Positions 30,758 to 41,990 of a DNA stretch of 64,000 nt are shown here, one piece after another. Source of the stretch: Corallochytrium limacisporum Hawaii (taxonomy: Eukaryota; Protista; Pluriformea); NCBI GenBank assembly GCA_002811645.1, contig PDIP01000054.1:59794-123793 (forward strand). Direction: 5' to 3'. The position numbers and the translations under genes are program-made. The notes under the pieces were generated by a model that saw only the letters and a program-made list of their open reading frames with translations, was not told the DNA's origin and did not search any database. The stretch's first letter is position 1, and every line of letters starts with the position of its first letter.

Positions 30758-33424
30758 TCACAGAGCCGGAAATTCACTAATCTCCGCCTGCTCTACCGTC
30801 TGTTGTCCGGTGCCCGGGTCATTGTAAGTGATGCGCAGACGCATCTTCAAGGCAGCCCCGGACGGATTGAGGACCTTGATGCCCTGAGTAACACCACCGT
30901 TGTTCATGGCAGGCACTTCCGTACCACTGGCCGAACTGAGTTGCAGCTTGAACTGCTTGGGTACGGCTGCCTGTAAATTGTACCCAGATAGAGCACTCAT
31001 GCCAGAGTTCGTGGATGTCACGTGGATCTCTGTGACGTGGGCATTGGATGGGCTCTTGCTGCAAGCAAACTCCACTGACAGTGGACCCTTTTGGTATGCT
31101 GTGAAGGTCCCTGGATCGGTAGCAGCCGGAGCAGCAGTGGCACCACCTGCAGGAGGCGCAGAGCCACCGCTGTTGAAGAGATCGAGAATATTTTGATTCG
31201 TAGTTGACGCAGCAGGGGCCGCCGACGAAGCCGCGGGAGCGGCTGCGCCACCGCCGCCTCCCAGGAGGTCATCCAGGCCACCATCCATGGCAGCACCGAC
31301 ACCACTTGGGGCATTGGAACTACCGCCCATGCCACCAGCGCCTCCCAGTAAATCGTCTAGACCGCCACCCATTGCCGCAGGCGCTGCAGCAGGCTTAGCG
31401 TCTCCGCCTCCCATACTCATACCTCCTAGTAGATCATCAAGACCGCCACCCATGGCGGCAGGCGGAGCACCGCCACCATTTTGCGCCGGTTGGGTCGAAA
31501 AGTCGTCTCCGAGCAGGTCCAGGAGATCATCGCCTGACTTCTGAGGAGCAGAGCCCGCATCCACCTCCAGACCAGCAGCTCCTGTGTGGGGTCCCTTGGT
31601 CTTCTTCACACCGATGGCATCCTGGACGCTAAGTTCCATAGCCGGCATGCGCTCCAGCAAATTCTGCCGTAACGAACCGCCCTGGTTGTATAGTGCCAGA
31701 TACTCCACGGCACGCTGCTGCAATTCTGCATCCATAGTCGAGGTGAAGCGATTGAGGATCTTCAGAGCGCTGTCCTCCACAGTAATGTCGGACAGACGCA
31801 CGGTACACTTAACCACCGCATTGAGGGCGTAATCTTTGGTCACCTGGTTTGAATAGGGGCTCGTGCAAACCTTGTAGAGCAGGTTCATCACGTCGTGGCT
31901 GCTCACCGCGGTACTGGCGTCTGGGTCGTCATCGTCGGCATCCAGGCCCTCACCGGCAACCAACAGATCCGCATACTCGCCAATAGCCCACACGGACACC
32001 TGAGCAAGTGGCTGTGATCGCTGGTCCTCGTTCAGAGAATGGAACAAGCGCTGTGTGGCGTAACCGTACAGCTGCTTTGAGGCACTGATGAGCTGGATCA
32101 TACCACTCACCACGTCGTCCTTGACGTGGTTCTGTGCATTGACCAGGACCTTGATGCATGTGTCCATGAGCCATCGTCGATTGGGAGCAAAACGACTAGC
32201 AGCAATGAAAATGTTTGACGCCAGGTAGGCTTTGAATTCCGTATCCGCGACCTCTAGGAACAACAGCAATTCCCGCACCAGTACCCGTACATTGTCCTGG
32301 TTGATGAGCACAAATATGAGCTCCATTGCACGACGACGAATTGAGACGTCCGGATCCCGCAGACAGTCCACGATAGTGCCCCGATGGCGCTGCACGGCAG
32401 TATTGTCAATCTGTACGCAGTGCTGCAGAGTAGACAGAGCCACAAAACGAATATTTTTGTCGTTGTTCAGCAGGAAGCGTCCGAGAATGTTGACCGCAAG
32501 TACCCGCAGTGATGAATCTGCTTCAATGCCCATGATGGTGAGCACACTCTCATAGAGGATGGCGTTGCCCACGTTTCGTGCGCTTTCCGTATTGGTGGCC
32601 ACCTGGGCCAGGACATCGTTGATGATGTCGCTGGTGTCCACATCGCCGGAGCCTAGTAGACGCAGCAAGCGCAAGATACGGACCTGCAAGAACGGATCCG
32701 TTACACCATTCACGTCGTGGTCTGCGAGATACGAGCTCTGGCTCAGGTTCTTGAGACTCCGCACTAAGTGGGGTACAGTATTCTTAAAATCTTCGGCCAA
32801 CTCCAGTTGCTGCCTCAAAAACTCAGTCACCAGGGTCACACCAGTCAGCATCACTGCATGGTTCCGCTCCTGCAGCAATTCCTTCGCTCCCTCAACGTAC
32901 AGATCAATCATGTCCGGCACTCTACGAATGATACGTACCGCACACAGTGCAGCCTTCTTGCGTACGTACGGGTTCTGATGGTTGAGCAGGCCTTGTACAG
33001 CATCAGCCAGATCACGCGCCATGTCAGTTGAGCAGATCGTGGCCAACGTATTCAAGGCCAGCGAAACAACATGCTGGTTGTGACTGCCCATGTCAACCTT
33101 CAGACTGTTCGTTACCAGCAGATGCACCTCCGTCCGTTCATCAAGTAGAAGACTCACACCCAAGTAACCCACACGTTTATCAATAAAACGAGGAGACGCC
33201 ACCAATTTCAGGCACTCCAGCTGGCCAAAATGGGCAGGGTAACCGAGGAGATAAATGTACAGCAGTTTGGCAACATTTTTGCACCGACTATCATTATCCT
33301 CCTCGCGAAAAGAGGTACGGATCAGAGCAGACTCTCTCTGAATAACCGCACGCTCCTCGGCAGCAGTTTTTGTACCTCGAATCTGACGAATCAGTTCGCG
33401 GAGTCGGACGCTAGCTCCCACCAT
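30758..33424 (-). CDS. AP1G1: AP-1 complex gamma adaptin
   Basis: LRELIRQIR..KTAAEER, LGYPAHFGQLECLKL, DKRVGYLG, DPFLQVRILRLL and ELQQRAVEY in the trunk. The hinge contains LLDLL and the C-terminal ear has LQAAVPK...LKMRLRI. Confidence 0.97.
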   Translation of the reverse strand: MVGASVRLRELIRQIRGTKTAAEERAVIQRESALIRTSFREEDNDSRCKNVAKLLYIYLLGYPAHFGQLECLKLVASPRFIDKRVGYLGVSLLLDERTEVHLLVTNSLKVDMGSHNQHVVSLALNTLATICSTDMARDLADAVQGLLNHQNPYVRKKAALCAVRIIRRVPDMIDLYVEGAKELLQERNHAVMLTGVTLVTEFLRQQLELAEDFKNTVPHLVRSLKNLSQSSYLADHDVNGVTDPFLQVRILRLLRLLGSGDVDTSDIINDVLAQVATNTESARNVGNAILYESVLTIMGIEADSSLRVLAVNILGRFLLNNDKNIRFVALSTLQHCVQIDNTAVQRHRGTIVDCLRDPDVSIRRRAMELIFVLINQDNVRVLVRELLLFLEVADTEFKAYLASNIFIAASRFAPNRRWLMDTCIKVLVNAQNHVKDDVVSGMIQLISASKQLYGYATQRLFHSLNEDQRSQPLAQVSVWAIGEYADLLVAGEGLDADDDDPDASTAVSSHDVMNLLYKVCTSPYSNQVTKDYALNAVVKCTVRLSDITVEDSALKILNRFTSTMDAELQQRAVEYLALYNQGGSLRQNLLERMPAMELSVQDAIGVKKTKGPHTGAAGLEVDAGSAPQKSGDDLLDLLGDDFSTQPAQNGGGAPPAAMGGGLDDLLGGMSMGGGDAKPAAAPAAMGGGLDDLLGGAGGMGGSSNAPSGVGAAMDGGLDDLLGGGGGAAAPAASSAAPAASTTNQNILDLFNSGGSAPPAGGATAAPAATDPGTFTAYQKGPLSVEFACSKSPSNAHVTEIHVTSTNSGMSALSGYNLQAAVPKQFKLQLSSASGTEVPAMNNGGVTQGIKVLNPSGAALKMRLRITYNDPGTGQQTVEQAEISEFPAL

Positions 33425-34949
33425 GTTTAGATCCCACTATGTGCGACTGTGTTTTTCTTTCGTGTTGCGTTTGTACAGAAACCCAGTCACAAAAGCAATG
33501 CAGAAATTGATCGTTTTCCCCGTTCAAATTGATCTACAAAGACATCTTTTCCATACGTCCTGAAACGTCGGTTGAATGGTTTCGGCACTAAGTTTTATTG
33601 TTTGCCCTTGTATGCCCACGGGGAGACCGATTGACACGTGATATAAGCATCGCTACACAATGAGATTATTTGACACTATGCCTTGCTTCAAATACATGTC
33701 CATCATGAAATTATCACAGTGTAGAGACGTTACAAACTGGTGATAGAGTTAAGACAATCATGACGTGAAATCGACCGAAACACACCCAGTTAGCCTCTCT
33801 CCATACAACCCGGCAAAACCCGATTAGTCTCCGAAAGGGGGAGCTTGACTCCGAACGACGGAGAAAGGGAACTGGCGCCTCCCGGGTCCCCCGCCCCGCC
33901 TTTCTCTTCAGAGGTAGTAGAGAGACCAGGGGAGCGCAGCAGCAGCAAAGTGCCCCAAACGACCGCGAGCTCTTTCTTTCCGAGTTGCCGCCCGGGAACA
34001 TTGTCTGTGGCAGGCAAAGGCACAGTAGCCTTCCCTCCCGACCGGACGCGCTTGAGAAAAAAAATAGAAAACGTTCGACCCGGGAGCTGACCGCCAAGCA
34101 AAGCCTCTCTCGGGCCGGCACACCCCCCCCTCCCCCAGCGGCCTACCCTGGGGCGGCCGAGATTCGGGCCTTGGCCAGCTTTACACATTCTTCCCCTCCA
34201 CTCACACACACCCAAGCTCCACTCTGGGATACCGTAAACCACCCCCAACCCCCTCCCGCCGTTCGTTTTCTTTGGCACAGGGAGCGACCGACAGCACCAG
34301 AAGAGACCGGGCAACTTGGGCTGGGAAGGAAGGAAGGAAGGGGGGATGGGGGGCAACTATGCACCGCGACCCCGCAGTGAAGGAGGGTTCAAAAAGCCAC
34401 AACAACAACCACCCCTCCACCACCCCCCCCCGGGGGGGCGCCTTGCAAGGGAGTGACTGTGTGTGTTGGTTGTCCGACACCACAAAGCCCCGGTGGAAAG
34501 CTTAGTGCGCGGCCGGCAAAAAGAAAACAACAAAGAAAACGAATGGCAAAACACCACCGTCGCCGGGGAAGGGAGAGGTCCCAAGAAAAAACTGAAAACG
34601 TCGGTTGGGGAGGAGAGAGGGGGGTTGCAAGAGAAAATCTCCTTCCTTATGCATAGTCAAAGTGCTTTGGACTGTGACCTGGGTTTGGTTGGGATTGGGG
34701 ACGGGAGCGAGGGTGGGGAAACCAGGGACAGTGTTTTGCCTTCTGGGCCGGTCCTGGTTGGGTGGGGGGGTCCTTTTGGGGGGTGATGTGACCCTGCAAT
34801 TTCCAATATGAACTGAACCCCTAAAAAAGAATTTAAGTCTCCCAGGGGGGCGGGGTCAAGATGGGGTCAAATGACACAAGGTTTTTAATCTTTGTATTGT
34901 ACAGAGTGCAGTTCTTGCATTAAATGTACAATGAACCGGCAGATCCTCT

Positions 34950-36086
34950 CTAAAACTCTTCCCGATTCTCACAGCACAGTGATGGTCGCTGAGACCAATC
35001 GTAGGCATAGCTGCGTCGTTTCAGTTCGTCGGTTCCATTCGGACAACTCACCTCACCATTGCTGCGGGTTAACGCGTCCGCCATACCCCGCATGTCTTGT
35101 GGGCTGAGCTTGTGACGGATCAGGAACCCTTGCCGACACCCACGTGTCTTAAATTCAGTATCAAAGCGTACATCGTGGATCCGTTTGACTGCAATTGGTG
35201 CCAACGCCGTCCCAACGGTTACATCCTCGCTGAAGAAGCGTCGGAGAATGTTCGTGTTCTGGACGATGAATTCCGCACTCTTGTAGCTGAGCGTATAGCC
35301 GCCTCCGTAGGCGTAAGGGATGTAAAAGTCACAAAGGTCATAGTTATTCTCCGCCCACTGTACATCCTGATTACCTCTGCGGGGCTCGCCCTTGCCGCTG
35401 AAGTACCCAATGTATGAGTACGGTTCATTCATACGGTCAGGCTCTTCGTGAAGACTTTTCTGAAGCGCTGGAATGTCCACGAAGGAATCATCGTCGCACT
35501 TGACCACGAACCCATAGAGATAGGTGGTGTGTGCGGTGCGGAGAGCTTCCAGAACTTTATCGGTCAGCGCCTCGTACGTGTCGTTGGTCTTGGGCAGAAG
35601 CATCATGTCCCCGTGCTCCGCATGTTCATTCTTCACGGCACTTGCGGCAGCCGACGTTAGGTCCTTGCCACCGACCACGAACAAGACATCTGTCGAGTAA
35701 CCATTTGAGGGCAGAGACCACTGCGGCTTGGCCCATGTTTCTCGGATGACATCCCTTCGTTCTTTATTGCCCGCTGCACTTACTACAAGCACGACTAGGT
35801 CTTTATAGATCCGTGTGGGCCTGACTGTGTCTCCGCCAGTCGGATATGCAGTGTTCGTGCCCGTGCCACTTCCACTCGTAACGTAGGTAAGTAGACCATA
35901 TGCGTACATTATCATCACCACGCCCATAACCATAAAGGCAATAATATATGTACTGCGTTGCCGGCGCAAGGTTTGCAGGTTCTGGTTCACAAACGGCAAA
36001 GTTCCATTGAGGTTGATGGCATGTCGGCTGCGATTCTTCCCGGTGACATCAGGGCCACTGCTTCGGTACAAAGGTGAGGCTTGCAT
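34950..36086 (-). CDS. B3GALT6: GT31 beta-1,3-galactosyltransferase, B3GALT6-like
   Basis: Type II TM anchor, ERRDVIRETW, KCDDDSFV and PYAYGGGY. SEDVTVGTALAPIAVKRIHDVRFDTEFKTRGC resembles B3GALT6 SEDVSLGAWLAP...HDPRFDTEYRSRGC. Confidence 0.85.
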   Translation of the reverse strand: MQASPLYRSSGPDVTGKNRSRHAINLNGTLPFVNQNLQTLRRQRSTYIIAFMVMGVVMIMYAYGLLTYVTSGSGTGTNTAYPTGGDTVRPTRIYKDLVVLVVSAAGNKERRDVIRETWAKPQWSLPSNGYSTDVLFVVGGKDLTSAAASAVKNEHAEHGDMMLLPKTNDTYEALTDKVLEALRTAHTTYLYGFVVKCDDDSFVDIPALQKSLHEEPDRMNEPYSYIGYFSGKGEPRRGNQDVQWAENNYDLCDFYIPYAYGGGYTLSYKSAEFIVQNTNILRRFFSEDVTVGTALAPIAVKRIHDVRFDTEFKTRGCRQGFLIRHKLSPQDMRGMADALTRSNGEVSCPNGTDELKRRSYAYDWSQRPSLCCENREEF

Positions 36087-36588
36087 CCTTATTTAAATCT
36101 ATGGAGCATGAACTCCTAACTTTTTACGTATCTCTTGCTTTGCGGCCAGCCGCTGGATCACCCCCCTTCATAGTATTCCATTTTTGAGGCTCTTTTCCGG
36201 AGGATCAAATGATCATCTTCACTTCACTGGGATGCAGTAGGCTGATTAGTCTTTGAATGCTTGCTATCAGGTGTGAACTAAGCATACTTTTCAAATACGC
36301 ACAGTTTCCACTTAGTCTACGAAAATTCCTGGAACGAGTTGCTGTGGTCTGCGCAGCTGCTCCAACTTCGTACGGGTAGCTCTTGGCCGTTCGCGAAGGA
36401 GGTCCTCTGCCAGGCGCCGCGCCAGCAGAGTGGCGCCGAGACCCCCCGGGGAGGGGGGGTTGGTGGCGGAAGGGAAGGTAGAACAAATGAAATCGGTCCC
36501 CAACGGGTACACTGCACTGAAAACTCATGAGCATGATGATATTTCTTTATATAGAAACCAAAGACTGAGTGGGCAAAGGATCTGGTGC

Positions 36589-39306
36589 TTACATCCACTT
36601 ATTTGTACTGGCAGCCGCAATCTTCTGTCGGTAGTTGGCCACAGAGGCGTCAAAGTTGTCGGTAGCCTCGCGCTTACGCTTCAACTTCTTCTGCCTCTGC
36701 TTGTCTAGGAGGGCGGAGTGTGTACCATCGACGACCAGCTCGGCACCCTCCAGAGCGGCCGCAAACTCGCGCTCTTCGTGGCTAACGATGCTGCCACTGC
36801 CGACTGTGGCACCCGCGGTACTCACAGCAACTTTGGCACCCCGCCGCTGCTTCGCGGACCGTTGGTTGGCCTTCGCCTCCTGGCGGGCCTTGACATCGCC
36901 AAGCAGCGGTTTTTCGTGCTTGGCCCAGGCCTGCGAGGTGCCGTTCTGTTGTTGCTGCCGTTGTGGTTGCTCAGCTTGCTGATCATCTTCGCTGGCCTTC
37001 TGCTGCCGGGTGCGCTCGCGACGTTCGCGCCGACGCTCGCTGCGGGACTTCTTTGCAGTCTTTGCCTTGTCTTTCCGCTTCTGTGCATTGGTATCATCGT
37101 CTAGTGGGATCTCCATCTCTGGTCCTTCGCCTACAGACTGATTCTGTTTCCGCTGCAGACGTTGCACCCGGGCCTCATGAAGGCGCATCTTGCGCACGTC
37201 CTCGACGCTGAACTCAACAATGGGACGCTGCTGCGGTCCAAACACCTTTGGATTGTTGTTCAGAGCCCGAAGTGCTGTAAGGGCATCCTCATGCTTGTTG
37301 AAGTTGACAAAGGCAAATCCCTTGGACACCAACGGGGCTTCCGCACTGGTGCGCTCTCGAAAATGGTTCAGCTTCGCAAACCTCACCCGCCGCTCCGTCT
37401 TATCAAATATGACATCCATGAAATGCTTACTCAGGCCATCGTTTTCGCCTTGATCCTTCGGAATGTTGCGTACAACAATGCGCAGGGGATTAATGTGGAA
37501 GTTTGGATCCTTAAGCTTGCGCAAGCGCTCAGCGTCGTAGCGTTGCCTGCGGCTCAGATCCTGCTCGCTTAGGCCTTTGGCTTCTAGACCTTCCGGATCG
37601 ATGTGGCCCTCGACGGCCAGGTGTAGGTTGCGCTTGTCCTTGTCACCGCCCAGAGCTTGCGTCTCGTTGCGCTTCTGAATGACGTCATCAACCCGATCAC
37701 GGGACACGGCATACGAAACATACACTCTGCGGCCTGCCACAAAGAATGGACCCTCAGCGGGGCCATCGTCTGCAGCGGTGGTTTGGGCATCGTCCCCAAG
37801 GGCTTCATCCGCACCAACGCCAAAGTAGCTGCCGCCTTTGCCTCCCTTCGTGGCATTGTGTCCCATGGCTTTTCCACTGCGGTAGGCATCACTTTCTGCG
37901 TTGGACTGAGCCACACATTCCTTGGCACTGCTCTTCCTCTTGAACTTGACGAATGCACTGCCCTTCGGGAGACCGGTGCGCTGGTCAATCACAATTTTTA
38001 CGTCCTTGACGTCACCAAACTTCTCAAAGCATGTCTTCAGCTGGGCCTCATCAGCTTCAAAGGAAATGTTCCGCACAAACAAGGTCTTGCCATCATTTGC
38101 GTCAGTCATGGTCTTCGGATCAATGCGCTTGGGTGCTTCCTTGGCAGGCTTTGTTTTCTGCTCCCCCTCCTCCTTCGGGTCATCACCTTTCCCATCATCC
38201 TGAACATCGGCTTCTACCAAATTGTCCTCCGGTGCAGCGTCCATTTCCGTTTGCTGTTGTTCCTTCTCGTAGTCCTCCCGCTTAATGCACCAATCCACGG
38301 CAATGGGCCTTCCAGCAATCTCCTGGGCATTTAGAGCATCCATAGCCTGCTTTGCGTGTGAAATACACATAAATTGCACAAATCCAAATCCACGGCGCTT
38401 ACCCTTGGCATCCGTCGGCATGTTGATGGGTTCACTTAGCGGTGCACCAGGCACTGCCTCCCGAAATTTCTCTTCTAGCCGCTCCGGTGTCACGGTGAAG
38501 CTCAAATTGCGTATAATTAGACGCGCCTCCTTCAGTTCTGCGGCACGCGCCTTGGCATGGCGAGACATGACATGGGCGTGGATCATTTGGCCCTTGAAAA
38601 TGTGTCGGTTAAGCTTTTTCTCAGCAAGATGGGCACGGTAAGGTTCCTCATACTCCACCACAGCCGTGGCGAGGCTTGAGTCGGCATTTCCCTTGTACCC
38701 ATGCTCTTTCTCCATAGTCACTTTGGCTACATCTGCAATCTTGCGCACCTTCTTGTACAGCACCTTCTGCGTCACATCCGCTGGGAAGCCACTGATGTAA
38801 ACACTGCGACTGAGAAGTTCCCGCTCAGGATCTTTCTGTGCAGTTGCTCTTCCAGTTTCTTTAACGTCCTTCTGTACTAATGTGTATGCTTCTGGTGGTG
38901 CCTTGCTTGCTTCCGGGGGTTCCCCTTGTTCATGTGACCCTACAGTATGGTCTCCGGTTTCCGCGTCAGTCTGATTATCGTGGGTCTTTACTTTCCTTCC
39001 CGGTTGCGCGGGCTTAGCTACCATCAAGTGCACCTTGCGTCCACGAATCTCTTTGCTCTGCAGTTCTTTAACTGCGTTATCAGCGTCTTCTTTAAAAGCA
39101 TATGTCACGTATCCAAACCCACGGTTAAGTGGTTGCGCTGTGTTCTTAGTCTTTTCATCATGGATCACAAAGCATCTCCGCACGGCACCGACCTCAGAGA
39201 AGATCTCCTCTAGTTCTGCAGAAGTGACATGATAATTTAAATTGCGAACAAATACTGTCAATCCCTTTGACAGGGCCTCCTGGTCATCTATGGTATTGGA
39301 GGCCAT
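36589..39306 (-). CDS. RBM28: Nucleolar multi-RRM protein RBM28/Nop4
   Basis: Several RRMs (VFVRNL...RGFGYV; LIIRNLSF...RGFGFV; TLFVRNI...KGSAFV; SKGFAFV). DKRNLHLAVEG and ALRALNNNP...RPIVEFS are typical of Nop4/RBM28. Confidence 0.93.
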   Translation of the reverse strand: MASNTIDDQEALSKGLTVFVRNLNYHVTSAELEEIFSEVGAVRRCFVIHDEKTKNTAQPLNRGFGYVTYAFKEDADNAVKELQSKEIRGRKVHLMVAKPAQPGRKVKTHDNQTDAETGDHTVGSHEQGEPPEASKAPPEAYTLVQKDVKETGRATAQKDPERELLSRSVYISGFPADVTQKVLYKKVRKIADVAKVTMEKEHGYKGNADSSLATAVVEYEEPYRAHLAEKKLNRHIFKGQMIHAHVMSRHAKARAAELKEARLIIRNLSFTVTPERLEEKFREAVPGAPLSEPINMPTDAKGKRRGFGFVQFMCISHAKQAMDALNAQEIAGRPIAVDWCIKREDYEKEQQQTEMDAAPEDNLVEADVQDDGKGDDPKEEGEQKTKPAKEAPKRIDPKTMTDANDGKTLFVRNISFEADEAQLKTCFEKFGDVKDVKIVIDQRTGLPKGSAFVKFKRKSSAKECVAQSNAESDAYRSGKAMGHNATKGGKGGSYFGVGADEALGDDAQTTAADDGPAEGPFFVAGRRVYVSYAVSRDRVDDVIQKRNETQALGGDKDKRNLHLAVEGHIDPEGLEAKGLSEQDLSRRQRYDAERLRKLKDPNFHINPLRIVVRNIPKDQGENDGLSKHFMDVIFDKTERRVRFAKLNHFRERTSAEAPLVSKGFAFVNFNKHEDALTALRALNNNPKVFGPQQRPIVEFSVEDVRKMRLHEARVQRLQRKQNQSVGEGPEMEIPLDDDTNAQKRKDKAKTAKKSRSERRRERRERTRQQKASEDDQQAEQPQRQQQQNGTSQAWAKHEKPLLGDVKARQEAKANQRSAKQRRGAKVAVSTAGATVGSGSIVSHEEREFAAALEGAELVVDGTHSALLDKQRQKKLKRKREATDNFDASVANYRQKIAAASTNKWM

Positions 39307-41990
39307 GGTTGTGTGTCTGTATTTTGACGTGCACTCTACTCTAATCTATCGTTGCATTTTGGGTTCCCAAATATCTACTGGGGATGAAACTTGTAACCTA
39401 TCATGTTCTGTGTCCTGCTTTCACCTATACCTGATCTTGAGTTTTCGAGTACCAGAAAAATGAAAGCTCAGTCCAAGCAGTCTTCCGGGCTGTCCATTCG
39501 AGATCGACAAATGCATTGGAATGGTCCCTCCTCCCCTGGCACACGCACTCATGAATTCCACGCGGGTCTGCGAGGTGCTGCCCTTTTCGAACCCGAGCCC
39601 CCTCTGCTCAGGTCCCAGTACTTTCACTATGGCGCTGGAAAGCCGACCTCTTAGAAGACTCGGGTGTATAGTGAATGAACTAAAATGCCGATCCCCTGGT
39701 GGGCATTCCTGGTGTAATTTAAATGAATTAGAATTCGAAAGTTAGGTTATTCAGTTATATTCATGAGTCACCTGGTGCCCTATCGTTGGAGGTACTCGCG
39801 AAATTATGTTTGCGGAACTCCAGGACTTGGATCGATGTATACCGAGGAATTGATAAGCATCCGAATCGTTCGGAGCCTGGATGTGGTTCCAATTGATTGC
39901 AATGGATCTTGAACATATTCTGCATACGTTACCAGCATGTTCCAATCCACAGCATCAAATCAAACGCTGTCGATCTTTGCCTTGCTCATGGTGGCGGTAC
40001 CGGATTCGTTGTGCCCACATCAAGAATCAAACACAGTCAAGGGCCTGGTCCCAAGGGCAAGCAATCCTCACCCGCCATTTGTTCCATCTGGCGGTGTCAC
40101 ATCGCTTTGTGGACTTTAGACCATTGAACCAAGGTTTGTTTACCACCAGCAATGTCCCGACATATGGGCATGGTAGCAGCAGCAGGCTGCATTACGTGTG
40201 AACCACCCTGTTGTTTTGGACGGTGTTGGAGAGATATGGGCCGGGCCAGTGTATTCTATTATGTGTTTTTGATGATCATACCCTGCGCTACGAGTGGATT
40301 AGTAAGTGGTACGCAGTCGCCAACCAAGTCCAACGCTAATCCGGTCCGGTGTACCCGAGAAACGCAAGGGGAATTCAGACTTCGTACCTTCTCTTCCGCC
40401 AAGTCCTTGAAAAATTGGTGCGGTACGAGGTCCAGCCAGCGTTTCAATTCGTTAGTTTGGGCGGTTTTGCACCCGGAGAAAACGTCTGGGACAGATTGGA
40501 TGGGGGCGCGGCCCGGTTCAATTTCTGCAGTCAACGCTACCCGGTGGGCGAAACAGAACCCATCGGAACCGCACATGTGATCCGTACGCCGGGTTGCCGA
40601 GAGTTCGTACACAGGCGTTGACTTGGATCGAGGGTGTGTAGGAAAGGCGGGAGACTGAGCGGCGGAGGACCCCTTCGCCGTACACTGGGCATCCATCCAC
40701 CTAAGGGTTTGCTAGCAGCGGCAGAGAGAGAGAAGCCCAAAGCGAAGGAAAGCGGACGCGAACTGCGTGGCTTTTTCCGCGTGCCTAGAATGGTACCAAT
40801 CCGTCTGGATTCTCCCGTCAAGTCGGTGTTCCATTGTAGGTCTGCTCGCTTGCCCTGGGCGGCAGAAACCCAATATATGACAAATGACCGGCACCGCTCC
40901 TATTGATGGAGGTGCCAGTAATAGTGGAGAGGAAAGTTGGCCTTCCGTGTTTTTCCATGTCTTCGGCAAAAATGCTCCCCGTGTGCCCTCTTCGCCCCCC
41001 GTCTCTTTCTCCCAATTCCTCCTCCAGCACGCACAATCCTCCTCGTCCCTCCTCCCGGGTTTCCTCTGAGTTGGGGGGAGGGGAAGGGGGGAAGGGTTCG
41101 GTGTATTCTATCTGCGTCAGTATGCCGACCAAATTTCCTGGCATCGGAGTAAACTGCGCAGAGAAAATCGTTCTCTCGCACCTGAATGAGTAATCAGCAA
41201 TTTTGGGCGGCAATCGGAGCGAAAAGAGAGGAGGGGGGGGGGGAGGAGACGGAGGAAAGAGAAGGGGAAAGGAGGGAGAAGGGCGAGAAGGACGGAAAGA
41301 GAAGAGAAGGAAAACGAAAAAAAAAAAGAAATGGTCGATGAGTTTTCACGGCATCGCAAGCCCCAAAACCCGGACGGAGGATGGTGGAGAATGGTCAGCA
41401 GACCAGGGCACAATGACGACGTCTTTGGGACATATATGGGACACGGGCGAGAAGGACAAGGATGGGCGAGTGCGTGCTCCGGTTGAGAACCGGTTACAGA
41501 CAAGCAGGTCGGGGTCCCCAGTCTGCTCAAAGGCTCGCAACAAACGGAATATGGCAAGGGGAACGGATGGTGCTGCGTCCGCACTGTCCGTCGTCTTGAA
41601 GCGAACAGTTTCCGAAGGAGAGACACCTCCGGCGAGCACGTATCCGCAGTAGGTCTCTAAGATCGCTAGGGAGCTGGAAAGGACACGAGTGTGCTACTGA
41701 TGCGTACGACTCGCTTACAATTTCTGCTCAGGAATAGATAAGGAAAGGTATTTGAGATGTCAATGACCAAATAGGAACTAGAGGATCCAGTTACTTACAA
41801 ACATGGTGATCCTGATTCCGAATTCGTGATCAAGTTTGGGAGGGGAACCCGGTGTACTGTTTGATCCAATTTTGTTCCGGTAATAAGCAATTCCGCTAGT
41901 CCTGCGTAGTCTGGCTTGCAACCCGAGGTCGGATTAAAACCAAAGAGAAGTTTTTTGCGTGGCACTCGAAGGCACGACCTGAACTCCGCC

